From an uncultured virus (IMG/VR IMGVR_UViG_3300020048_000107) (taxonomy: Duplodnaviria; Heunggongvirae; Uroviricota; Caudoviricetes): a stretch of 64,000 nt of DNA. The translations under genes were made by a program, and so were the position numbers. Under the pieces are notes generated by a model. That model had not been told where the DNA came from. It saw nothing but the letters and a program-made list of their open reading frames with translations, and did not search any database. The stretch lies in the IMG/VR virus record IMGVR_UViG_3300020048_000107. The stretch is one strand, 5' to 3'. This document shows, piece after piece, positions 1 through 10,092 of this stretch (position 1 is its first letter; each line of letters begins with the position of its first letter).

Positions 1-99
1 CGTAAAGTATTTTTCTTTGTGAATTTTGATAAATAATTTAGTTCAACAAGGGAACAATTTAAACGAAATAAATAATTAACATATCTTAAAAACAATTCA

Positions 100-1044
100 A
101 TGAAAGATTATATTGATAAAAACATATCAAAAGAATTAAAAGTTGGTGTATTATTTGCTGACTTTATATTAGAGACTATAAATCGTAAAGCTAAACGTAT
201 GGGTGAAAAGTATAAAAGCAATTATAAAACACTCATATTTCACTTAAATAACTTTTCAAAAGATAACGATAGTATTATTTATACAAATAGTGTAAATGAA
301 GAGTTTTTAGATGATTTCATAATTTATTTAGAAGGTAGAAATTTAAAACAAAACTATATTAAAAATTTATTAGGCTTAATTAAAAATATGGCTAGAAAAG
401 CCGGATCTTATGGTTATATAGTTGATTGTACATATGATGATGTTAGTTTAAATTCAGAAGAATATTCAAATATTTATCTAACCACCAATGAAATTACTCG
501 TATTTATTATTTTAAAGGGTTGTCTAAAAAGAAAGAACGAATTAAAGATTTGTTTGTTATTGGATGTTTGACAGCTTTAAGATATAGCGATTATTCTACG
601 TTAACAAAAGAAAATTTTGTCAATAATTTCATAGTGAAGAAAACTAAAAAAACCGGAAAAAATGTAGTAATTCCTATACACGAATATATCAAAGAGATTT
701 ATGAAAAATATGATGGTGAAATATCTTCTGGATTATGTTTACAGCATTTTAATAGATATATAAAAAGCATTTGTAAACAAATAGGATTTGCAGACAGTAT
801 TTCTCATACTTATACTCGTGGTGGTAAAATAATTACAGATACAAAACCAAAATACGAATTTGTGTCTTCACATACAGCTAGAAGAAGTGCTGCTACTAAT
901 ATGTATTTGACCGGCAGGATGAAGACTTATGAAATTATGTCTCTTACAGGACATACAACTGAAAAAAGTTTCTTTAGATATATTCGTGTAGATCAATAGG
1001 ATATAGTAAACAAAATAGCTAGTGATAGTTATTTCAAAATTTAA
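100..1044 (+). CDS. Tyrosine recombinase / phage integrase family protein
   Basis: Catalytic motifs TALRYSD, SSHTARRS, LTGH and FFRY, plus a SAM-like N-terminal part. One TAG at 997-999; reading through it adds 14 more codons to TAA at 1042-1044. Confidence 0.9.
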
Positions 1045-1089
1045 CAGATATTAGGCGTTCCCAAAACTCTAATACTAGTATTAACAAAT

Positions 1090-1902
1090 ATGAAATTTTA
1101 CAAACAACACAAATTAAAAATACACTATTAGATATTAATCTTTATTATTATGGGTATATCTGGTTTTTTTCTAAACCACATATACCAAAACAACATAGTA
1201 ATAAACAAAAGCGAGATAGTTATGAATCCAGATACTAAAAATGAAACTGTCAGTGCTGATGATTTTGTATTTGAAAACTTAGGTGCAGATTTTTGGGGTA
1301 TTTTAACTACTGCAATTTTAGGCTTTGTTGGTGTATCTTTAAATTATGTTCAAAAGAATCGTTTTGGCAAAGTAGAGTTATAGTTAGAGCGAAATAATTC
1401 AGAACATCAAGATATGGTGGACGTTAACAAAGATAATTTTGAATCTATAGTTAAAGAATTAGTGATGTTACGAGATATTACAACTCGAAAAACTGTTGTT
1501 GATTCTTTTAGAAACATCATAAATGGTTATACAAGAATGACTTCTGACACAGCTTTGAAACCTTTTATTGATGCAGAAGGAGAAAGGCTTATTACTTTTG
1601 CAGAAGAGATTATGAATGAACATTTTACAAAAACTGTTTAGGAACAAGCTATAGTGAAGATAGATTACACTTAGGAAGAATAGAGAAATGAAGCAAAACA
1701 TTTGTTTGGTATGAGTTTTTACAAACTATATAGTGAAGTACAAATCAAAAATGTTAATACTTTAAAAGAAAGTATGTATAGGATTGCATCAGACGAATTA
1801 CTAAACCACAAATATGAAAGATTCAAAAGTGTTTGCGAAACATTTTTACACACACATTTGATAGACGTTATTAAACTTCATTTAACATTAAAAATAAAAT
1901 AA
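1090..1902 (+). CDS. Membrane protein, 270 aa with two hydrophobic segments (holin-like function possible, unproven)
   Basis: ORFs at 1150, 1414 and 1702 share one frame and join through 5 TAGs from ATG 1090 to TAA 1902. Hydrophobic stretches Y*ILIFIIMGISGFFL and FWGILTTAILGFVGVSL. Confidence 0.75.
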
Positions 1903-1937
1903 TATATTAGTGGTTATAAAAACAATTAATATAATTT

Positions 1938-2900
1938 ATGAAAAGAATTGAAGTTTTAAATCTACCTCAAGTATTTGAGGGTTTGAAAAATGCTAAAGGG
2001 TTGGGTTTTGCCTATGCCTTAATGAAAAACAAAAAGATAATAGAAGCAGAAAAAGAGAGTTTAAAAACTACTTTACCTACTTCTGAGGACTATCAGAAAT
2101 TTCTAAAAGAAATGAATGCTCTTATTAAAGATTATTGTGTAGAGCAAACTGGAAACGATCCCATTTTATTAGAATCTGTAGAACTTTTAGAAGGTAAAGA
2201 TAAGATTGAATTTGAAAACGAAGTTAAAAAGCTGCAAACTAGTTACGCAGAAGCCATTTCTGAAAGAAAAGTTAACATAGATGAGTATCAAGCATTCATT
2301 AAAGATGATTCTGATGTAGAATTCTACAGAATAAATGAATCCTACTTACCAGATGAGTTAAGTATGCATGAATTGATAATGTTATCTGAGTTAGTTAACT
2401 TTGAGGAAAGAGAAAAAGAAGCTATTGAAATTACTAAATATGCTTTGTTGACCTACACTAATATTTTTAATCGTATGGTTAATATTAATTCTTTATCTCC
2501 TGCTAATTGTGAAGCTAGAAATAAATGTTTATACAACTTTGTTCTATTTCGTAATGCTCATAAAGTGTTGTATGCTGATCAAGTTATAAAAGATTGGTTA
2601 GTATACGAGAAAGAAAGAAAAGATTTGGCTTCTAAATTTGCTGCAACTGATATTTTTGGTGATGTATTAATTAAACACATAAAAGATACACAAGATGATC
2701 AGTTTGTAATCAAAGATGAAGCTAGTTTTAATAAAGAATTAGTTTTGTTAAATGAGAAATATGAAAAAGAACTAACTGCATTCTATGATTTCTTAAATCA
2801 AAAAATAAATTTAGATATTTGTAAGATCAAACAGGATGAATTACCAGAGAGTATGAATCTGAATGATTTACAAACTTTAGAATTATTCATTAAAAACTAA
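1938..2900 (+). CDS. Hypothetical helical protein with an internal domain duplication
   Basis: Intact 320-aa ORF without TAG; the two halves resemble each other. Confidence 0.8.
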   Translation: MKRIEVLNLPQVFEGLKNAKGLGFAYALMKNKKIIEAEKESLKTTLPTSEDYQKFLKEMNALIKDYCVEQTGNDPILLESVELLEGKDKIEFENEVKKLQTSYAEAISERKVNIDEYQAFIKDDSDVEFYRINESYLPDELSMHELIMLSELVNFEEREKEAIEITKYALLTYTNIFNRMVNINSLSPANCEARNKCLYNFVLFRNAHKVLYADQVIKDWLVYEKERKDLASKFAATDIFGDVLIKHIKDTQDDQFVIKDEASFNKELVLLNEKYEKELTAFYDFLNQKINLDICKIKQDELPESMNLNDLQTLELFIKN

Positions 2901-2902
2901 GA

Positions 2903-2977
2903 GTGGTTAACAAATGCGGATCAGGTAAACCTAAAGGAATGCCTAAACCAAAGACTACTAAACCAAAAGGAAAGTAA
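2903..2977 (+). CDS. Putative small basic peptide (24 aa, K/P/G-rich, VVNKCGSGKPKGMPKPKTTKPKGK)
   Basis: GTG-to-TAA frame that exactly fills the gap between two genes; strongly biased composition. Confidence 0.45.
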   Translation: MVNKCGSGKPKGMPKPKTTKPKGK

Positions 2978-2980
2978 TTT

Positions 2981-3574
2981 ATGAAGAACATTCTAATTCA
3001 ACCATCCTTCACGGATAGAGAGACTCATTCTTTAAATTTATATCTAAACGACTTAAGTAAATTCCCTGTTTTAACTAAAACACAAGAAGTTGAGTTGTTT
3101 AAAGCTTATAAATCAGGGGATAAAAGATAGGAAGAAAAACTAATTACCCATAATCTTAGATTTGTTGTTTCAATAGCAAAATATTATCAGAATATGGGCT
3201 TGTTACTAGAAGATCTTATTGCTGAAGGAAACATTGGCTTAATTAGATAGCTTTCTAAGTATGATCCTTCTATGGAATTGAGATTCATCACATATTAGGT
3301 TTGGTGGATAAAGCAATAGATGATGTATGCATTGTCACTTTACTCACGTCAAATTAGATTACCTCAGAATCGTATCTTAGAATTGGATAGAATCTACAAA
3401 TACATAAACAATTACGAACAAGAACATATGTACATCCCATCCATTGAGGAAATAGCGGAGTATATGCAGATCGATAAACGACAAGTTCTTAATTTTATGG
3501 ATTTAGATCAACCAACAATCTATTTGTTCGATACTATAACAGATGATTTTCAAGTAATAGACATATTATCTTAA
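2981..3574 (+). CDS. Sigma70-family RNA polymerase sigma factor (regions 1.2, 2 and 3 only)
   Basis: SLNLYLNDL (region 1.2), [48 protein letters not shown]. Four in-frame TAGs at 3128, 3248, 3296 and 3317. Confidence 0.92.
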
Positions 3575-3578
3575 AAAA

Positions 3579-3610
3579 TAAAAGCCTTAACGTTTGTTAG
3601 GGCTTTTTTG
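3579..3610. terminator. Intrinsic terminator between convergent genes, probably bidirectional
   Basis: aaaagccttaac-gttt-gttagggctttttt: a hairpin flanked by A and T tracts. Confidence 0.75.
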
Positions 3611-3659
3611 TTTATATCCTATAAGGATTAAGGGCCGCTTCGCGGCATTTTATACAAAT

Positions 3660-3687
3660 AAAAAAGTCCTGATAAACTATCAGGACT
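3660..3687 (-). terminator. Intrinsic terminator of the minus-strand cluster
   Basis: Perfect stem agtcctgata-aac-tatcaggact preceded by an A-run (U-tail on the minus strand), just past the stop at 3695. Confidence 0.75.
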
Positions 3688-3694
3688 CTCGTTG

Positions 3695-3931
3695 TTAATT
3701 AATTGGTTGTTGTTCAACGTGCTGCAATTCTTTACTATGGAACACGGCCACTTGTAATTCTTGATTCTTGTTAAACCACCAACATTTTATTCCTTTTAAA
3801 TGATTCATTTCTGAATCTTTAAAGTATCTGACCTCTCTCCCCTTCACAACCATTATTGGTTTGTTTGGAATATCTAACTTAATAGTAACCAAATCTCCCG
3901 GGAGGAAATAAGTTTTTTCTTCGTTACTCAT
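3695..3931 (-). CDS. DUF2158/YodC-like small protein
   Basis: Pattern F.PGDLV..K...P.MVV....CWWF......F...EL. Confidence 0.65.
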   Translation of the reverse strand: MSNEEKTYFLPGDLVTIKLDIPNKPIMVVKGREVRYFKDSEMNHLKGIKCWWFNKNQELQVAVFHSKELQHVEQQPIN

Positions 3932-4283
3932 TAGTTACATCAATGATATATAAAATGGCTACATCAGGTATTAAAAGTAAACTTGGCATACCCATTGCTA
4001 CTGGTAAGCTAGAGAATGAATCTATTACAACTCTATCACCAACTTTAATATCTAAAGTAACGTCTGCTGCAACCGCTTGAACTACAGCATACTTAATTCT
4101 TTGTTCACCACCTTCTACTATACCATTTTCTTCTTTATCGTAGAGGTTAGTTATGATCTTTGAGTCCGGAATTATGATTCCACTATCTGTTTTTTGTTTT
4201 CTGTAAGGATTGGAGTCTTCGACTTCTACAATCACTTTCCTTGACATAGGTCTTAATGTAATTTTTTCAGACATACTTAACAT
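3924..4283 (-). CDS. GroES-like co-chaperonin
   Basis: LRPMSRKVIV...KTDSGIIIP...AVVQAV...IKVGDRVV matches the Cpn10 signature. Confidence 0.75.
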   Translation of the reverse strand: MLSMSEKITLRPMSRKVIVEVEDSNPYRKQKTDSGIIIPDSKIITNLYDKEENGIVEGGEQRIKYAVVQAVAADVTLDIKVGDRVVIDSFSSLPVAMGMPSLLLIPDVAILYIIDVTNE

Positions 4284-4292
4284 TTATTAATT

Positions 4293-4568
4293 TTACCATT
4301 TACCCTAAGGGCATTTTGCATCTAACACTCGAGTTTTAGCTGACAATCGACAACCACAACCCTTTTTATAACCATCTTTTGCTACATAAGATACTTGATT
4401 TGTTTTGGGATCTAAATATTTCTTAGAATCACACATCATACCGAACATCGTATCTGAAAGTATTGGACAATTTTTACAAATCTATAGTCTTTTCTTAGAA
4501 ATTACTTCTTCACGATTTAATATTTCGTTATAATGTCCTTTGGCTATATCTGTTATTTGATTACCCAT
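4293..4568 (-). CDS. Small Cys-rich (putative metal-binding) protein, 91 aa
   Basis: Missing from the ORF track. Reads MGNQITDIAKGHYNE...RL*ICKNCP...GCGCRLSAKTR...CP*GKW with two TAGs, and fills the gap between its neighbours. Confidence 0.8.
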
Positions 4569-5454
4569 TCTTTAATTTTTTAATATTTAATTTCTTTTTG
4601 TAAGCTTTTAACATTTTTACTATATCTTCTTTTCTATAATCCACATCTATTTCAGTTTCTTTATGATTTCTATCAATATGTATCAGACATAAACGTTTAA
4701 TTTTGAAATCTGGATTTATTTGTTGTAACATCCAGGCATATAAAGATAATTGTACAGTATAATGTTGTAATTTACAATCGTCTAAATGACTTAAAGGATA
4801 AAACATCTTTTTTGATTTCTTTGTAAACTTATCATAGTAAGATTTAGATTCTATACCATTCTCATTTGTTTTGAAATCATATATGTAGATATCATTACCA
4901 TTCTTAATAAGAAGGTCCATCTGACCAGCTATATTCACCATACCATCACTGTAATAAACTAAATATTCCGGTAATACAGCTTTCTCTCTATTCAAATCAA
5001 AGTTATTTCTCTCACAATCAAACACATCGTCGTGTAATAAGAAACCACAATCTTTAGGATTTATCTTTCCGCCCTTATAAAACTTCTCTTCTTTTTGTTT
5101 ATGGATTTCTGTGCCATATTCACTACTAGTTTTACGCTTTAATTCGTAACCATCTAGTATTTCTTGTTTTACAAGTCTATACTCTGTTGGATCCACATAA
5201 GTTTTTACATCAAAGTCTATCTTTTTCTTAGTCAGGAGATATCCTCTTAAATCTCTAAATTCATTACCCATCAACGATTCTAAAGCTTTATAACCACTCC
5301 AGAAATCATCATCAAATTCTTCATGGAAATCCTTAATAAGCGTTGTCACAGAGATATACTTTATACTAGCATCTCGAGTGTTTACATACAAATGGTCTTT
5401 TTCGTAAAAAGTTACTTCGCCATTTACCTTTACATCATTATTTTCTTTCTTCAT
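4561..5454 (-). CDS. PD-(D/E)xK family nuclease (Cas4/RecB-like)
   Basis: H.Y...SVTT, G..IH, E......IAGQMDLL...IYDFKT, Y..QLSLYAWML. Start placed at ATG 5454. Confidence 0.85.
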   Translation of the reverse strand: MKKENNDVKVNGEVTFYEKDHLYVNTRDASIKYISVTTLIKDFHEEFDDDFWSGYKALESLMGNEFRDLRGYLLTKKKIDFDVKTYVDPTEYRLVKQEILDGYELKRKTSSEYGTEIHKQKEEKFYKGGKINPKDCGFLLHDDVFDCERNNFDLNREKAVLPEYLVYYSDGMVNIAGQMDLLIKNGNDIYIYDFKTNENGIESKSYYDKFTKKSKKMFYPLSHLDDCKLQHYTVQLSLYAWMLQQINPDFKIKRLCLIHIDRNHKETEIDVDYRKEDIVKMLKAYKKKLNIKKLKNG

Positions 5455-5480
5455 ACTCACTAATATATTATTTTTATTTA

Positions 5481-5498
5481 TTATATTTGCAAATATAA
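5481..5498. promoter_or_regulatory. Overlapping divergent Bacteroidota-type promoters (TAnnTTTG on both strands)
   Basis: Perfect palindrome ttatatttgcaaatataa between the divergent starts at 5454(-) and 5519(+). Confidence 0.75.
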
Positions 5499-5518
5499 CA
5501 AGAAACAACTTAACGATT

Positions 5519-5971
5519 ATGAGTGCTTTAATTACCTACAAGAAAGGTGGAATCCATATTAAGCCAGAGAATAAAGGCAAATTTACCTAGACTAAGAAAG
5601 CTACAGGTAAATCCACTGAAGAATTAACACATAGTAAGAACCCAGTAACAAAAAAGAGAGCTATCTTTGCACAAAATGCAAAGAAGTGGAAACATGAAGA
5701 CGGTGGAGTTTTACAGATGTATCAGAAGGGTGGAGGTCTATCTCGTGCGGAGGATTACAAGTCAAAGAAGAAACCCTACCCTACAGTCGAAAATAAGGAC
5801 TTTGCAGGCACGAACAGGAGTTATCCGATACCAAGTAAGGCTGACTAGGTAGATGCTCTTAAACTGGCTAGTTTGCACGGTAGAGGGGATGTTAAATCTA
5901 AGGTGTTTAAAAAGTACCCGGAATTAAAGAAAAAAGAAAAAGGCGGACTAATAACTTATAAACAAAAATAA
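5519..5971 (+). CDS. Conserved crAss-like basic protein (IHIKPENKGKF motif), probably virion-associated
   Basis: GGIHIKPENKGKFT*TKKATGKSTEELTHSKNP..KKRAIFAQNAKKWKH and SYPIPSKAD*VDALKLA; TAGs at 5588 and 5846. Confidence 0.85.
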
Positions 5972-5973
5972 TA

Positions 5974-6396
5974 ATGGCAACTAAAAAAACACCAATAAAA
6001 AAGAAAACCAAAGCTAAAGCTCAATAGACCCCTAGTCAAAATGCTGCTCAAGACGCTGAACAACAAGAATTTGTTATGTGGTTGTAGCAAAGATATGGTT
6101 TACAAGACGAACAATAGTTACAATAGAAAGCAGAAGAATTGGGTGAGGAAGGTATTAAACAAGAGTACATGGCTTTTCAACAAGAGAAAGCATAGCAACA
6201 AGCACAAGCTTTTAGACGTGGTGGTATGCTAGAGCGTTTAGTTAAATTAAGATCGCTTAAGAGTGGTGGTAAAAAAGAAATGCCGGTTAAGAAATTAAAA
6301 ATGAAAGGTATATCTACAGGTACTGCAGAAATCGAAACTATACCAACTAAAAATATTAACATAGATCCTAAACCAATAATTAAGAAAAAGAAATAA
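5974..6396 (+). CDS. Hypothetical crAss-like protein (K/Q/A-rich)
   Basis: Continuous frame through 5 TAGs; its TAA overlaps the next ATG. Confidence 0.75.
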
Positions 6397-6962
6397 TGGA
6401 TTTTTTAAGATTTCAAAACAATCAAGTTATATTAGAACGAGACGAAATATTACTTGTAAAAGAATTTAAGTAGCTATTAGACCCAAAAAGAAATCAATGT
6501 AAAGATGATAAAACTGGAGAACTTGGTTTGAGAGTCATTAAGGAATTGACTTATATTTATTTGTACTTAGATTGGAAGTCTCCTTATTCGGAATATACTG
6601 AACAAGAGAAGAAGGAAGCTGCTAAATTTGATAGTGAATTAACAGACTAGGAATTATTAGACTCTACATTCTTAGAAGCTTGTAGAAAATATCAAGATCT
6701 TCAAGATACTAGAAAGTTAAAATTACTTCGTTCTAGTTATAAAGCTATGGACGAATTAAGAATTTACTTTGAAACTGTCGATTTAACTGAAACAGACAAC
6801 TTTACAGGCAAGCCAATTTATAGTGCTAAGGATGTAATCTCTAATATTTAGAGTTTAGGTAAGGTAGTTGAGGGTTTAGAACAGTTAGAAGAAATAGTTC
6901 GTAAAGAGAAACAACAATCGAAAGGTGTACGCGGAGATTAGGAACCTGGCCTATTTGATTGA
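6396..6962 (+). CDS. Conserved protein upstream of the terminase (terminase small subunit candidate)
   Basis: EILLVKEF...YIYLYLDWKSPY...VRGD*EPGLFD, ending in TGA. Function is inferred from position only. Confidence 0.65.
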
Positions 6963-6980
6963 TCTGATTATCAACAAGTT

Positions 6981-7646
6981 ATGAAAATAGCAGGAGTATA
7001 TTATATCAAATGTTTAATAACAGATAAGTATTATATAGGCTCGTCCATTAATATAAATCGTAGATTCAGTGCTCACAAAAGAAAATTAATACTTCAAAAA
7101 CATCCTAATAATATTCTTCAAAATTAGTGGAATAAATATGGAGAATAGAATTTTGAATTCAAAATTATTGAAGAGCTTAAAGATGTAGACGATGTAAGTA
7201 AAAAAGTCCGTTTGTTAGAACAGAAATATTTTGAAGATAATAACTATAATATAGATTTAAACTGTGTGAAAAAAGTTATTATGACTAATGACGATCTTGA
7301 TTTATATCGTTGGGAGTGTAGAACCAAAAAAACTGTTTCGATAGAAACTAGATAGCAAATATCTAAAACATTAAAAGAAAGGGGTATTACAGAAGAAGAA
7401 CAGCAATACAAACAAAAAAGATGGAAAGAAGAGAAATAGTTACACCCCGAAAAATTTGTGATATCGCAATTAAATCGAGCAATAACAAAAGAACGTAGTC
7501 AAAAATCTTATAAGTTTGTATATGATGGAGAAATAATACACATAACTAACTTAAAACAATTCTGTTAGGATAACAATTTACATTATAAAACGATGCATAA
7601 AGTAACAAAAGGTATTAGGAAGCAATATAAAGGATACAGTATATAA
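6981..7646 (+). CDS. GIY-YIG endonuclease (free-standing, homing type)
   Basis: GVYYI...YYIGSS.N..RR..H...LQN*WNKYGE*NFEF and a NUMOD3-like SIETR*QIS. Five TAGs, so absent from the ORF track. Confidence 0.9.
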
Positions 7647-7660
7647 ATTAATAATATTAT

Positions 7661-7688
7661 AAGCCAGAATTTTATTCTGGCTTTTTTG
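7661..7688 (+). terminator. Intrinsic terminator
   Basis: aagccagaat-ttt-attctggctt followed by a T-run. Confidence 0.75.
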
Positions 7689-7698
7689 TTATATTTGT
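7689..7698 (+). promoter_or_regulatory. TTATATTTGT promoter upstream of the terminase
   Basis: Same motif as at 5481, 17607, 21022, 23854 and 37042; lies just before ATG 7712. Confidence 0.65.
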
Positions 7699-7711
7699 AA
7701 AAATATGATTT

Positions 7712-9820
7712 ATGATTAAATGGGATGTAAAGATAGGTGACGAGATCAAATACTTTGATCCAGAATTATCTTATGAATTAACACAATACCGTCCAATAAC
7801 AGAAACTAAAGGTTTAGATTTCGATCCGACACCTTTTACTGAAGTTGGTCAATTTAAATTACTTACTGGTAGATACACAACTTTTCCACATGGTGGAAAA
7901 TAGCATAGAGATTTTTGGCAAGAACAACATACAAGATGTATAGAAGGTTATACTGCTAATGGTTTTAGAATTACGGGGGATCATTATTTCTTCCTTAATT
8001 TTTATCAATTACAATAGGTACAAGATGTTGTAGTTACCGGTAGTGGTCGTACAACTGCATTCCCTAGTTTTATATAGTAGCAATATGAATATTATCACTA
8101 TATAGAATTGTAGGAAAGTAGTAAGCTAGACGTGTTAACTTTAAAATCTCGTGGTGTTGGTTGGTCAGAAATTTCAGCTTCTATGGGAGCATCAAAATAT
8201 ACAACTACACCAAAATACATTAGTATCTATACCGCTTTCTATGAAGATTATCTTTTAGGTACAGGGGGTGTAGTTACAAAATGTTGGGACAACTTAGAAT
8301 ATTTAAACACAGAAACAGAAGGAGGTATGCGTCGCTTACGTCAATCTGTAAATACTACAAATAGAAAACGTTAGTCTGTCTTAGATAAAGACAAAACAGA
8401 ACGTGGCCACATGTAGGAAATATCTCTCATCATTACTGATAAACCTCGTAAGTTAAGAGGTACTCGTGTTGACCGTTTATACTTTGAGGAAATTGGTTCT
8501 AACGAACACTCTATTAAATTATGGATTCAATCTTTAGCTTTAGTTTCTGTACAAGGTAATAAATTCGGTACAAGATTAGGATGGGGAACTGGTGGAGACT
8601 CTGGACCTCAATTAGTTGGTCTTGAAAAAATGTTTTTCCACCCAACAGATTACAACATATTACCTTACAAACACAATTGTACAAAGAATGGTGAGTATGT
8701 TTTTTCTTAGTATTTTGTACCTTAGTACTAGTGTTAGGCCGGATTTTTAGATAACAGAGGTGTTACAAAAATGAAAGAAGCAAAAGAACATTTTGTTAAA
8801 GAAAGAAATAAATTAATAAATAACCTCGAAGATTATTTAATCAACTGTTAGGAATATTGTTTTACACCAGAAGAATAGTTATCTCGTCAAGGTGTTAATA
8901 GTTTTAACCAATTAAAATTAGCAGAACAAAGATTAAATATAGAATTACATAAGAAAACAGAAGACGGAGGTCCATTACCAGAAGTTGAAAGAGGCTTCTT
9001 AGATTGGACTCACGATTCGAATGATGATATTAATGGTGTTAAATGGACTAAAGATCCGCGAGGAAACATTTTAGTTTTAGAAAAACCATTAAAGGATGCT
9101 GATGGTGTTGTAGTAAAGAATCTTTATGTAGCTGGAGTTGACTCTATTGACCAAGGTGTCATGGATTCTGTAGTAGGTTAGGATGGTTCTAAATTTTGCA
9201 TTACTGTTAAGAAAAGAACTTTCGGTAATGGCGGGGATAAATATGTTTGTGTATATTTAGATCGTCCTCCGGTAGCTAAAGAAGCTTATGCTATAGCTTA
9301 GAAAATATTGTGGTGGTATGGTTGTAAAGCAAACTTAGAGGATACTAAGATTACATTTAGATAGTATCTTCGTGAACGTAAATGGGATAATAAAATGCTT
9401 ATGAAACGACCATAGTTTGGTTTACAAGATCCTATGACACAACGATTTAAAAAGAACAATAGTGAATTGTGGGGAACTCCTGGATCACCTAAAATGATAG
9501 GTCACGGATTGGAATTAATTACAGACTATATTGAAGATCATTGTCATAAAATATTCTTCATAGAAATGATAGATCAATTACAAAGATATTCTTATGAAAA
9601 TAAAGGAGCCTTTGATATAGTTGCTGCTATGATTATGACTGAAATAGGTGATGAAGATATGTTTAATGTAAAAATAAAAGACATGCAAACAGAAAAACGA
9701 CAACATAAAGATATTGGTTATTATTACGATGATTCTGGAGTGAAGCATTGGGGTGTAATACCTGGTAAATCAAATTCAAATATTAAAGTATGCGTTCCAC
9801 AGATTTGGAGAGTAAATTAA
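7712..9820 (+). CDS. terL: Terminase large subunit (702 aa)
   Basis: Fragments at 7712, 8132 and 9434 are in one frame. ITGDHYFFLN, Walker A LKSRGVGWS, Walker B LYFEEIG, GTGG coupling motif, nuclease YVAGVDSID and FDIVAAM. Confidence 0.93.
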
Positions 9821-10089
9821 AATGTTACATCATTGAAAAATATGAGGTTGAATACAACAAAGATTTACCTATTGAGGTAGAAGGTACTAATTATATTTGT
9901 ACTTTTTATTTAGGTAACGATTGGAGACGACCTCTTATTATACAAGGTGACTTTGACAACGATGATGACTTCTATACATTCATATGTAAAGAATTTGATT
10001 CAAGGAGATTATACACAGTGTGGTTCTCTAAATTGGAGAAACAACTAGACAGTATTTATGGTGAAACTACAGATGAACAAACAAAATAA
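9790..10089 (+). CDS. Hypothetical protein between terminase and portal
   Basis: Intact 99-aa ORF overlapping the end of terL. Confidence 0.75.
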   Translation: MRSTDLESKLKCYIIEKYEVEYNKDLPIEVEGTNYICTFYLGNDWRRPLIIQGDFDNDDDFYTFICKEFDSRRLYTVWFSKLEKQLDSIYGETTDEQTK

Positions 10090-10092
10090 CAA

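Noticed and set aside
1070..1083. Palindrome taatactagtatta after the recombinase as an att or operator site
   Set aside because: It is short, AT-rich and single-copy, so it is not distinguishable from chance.
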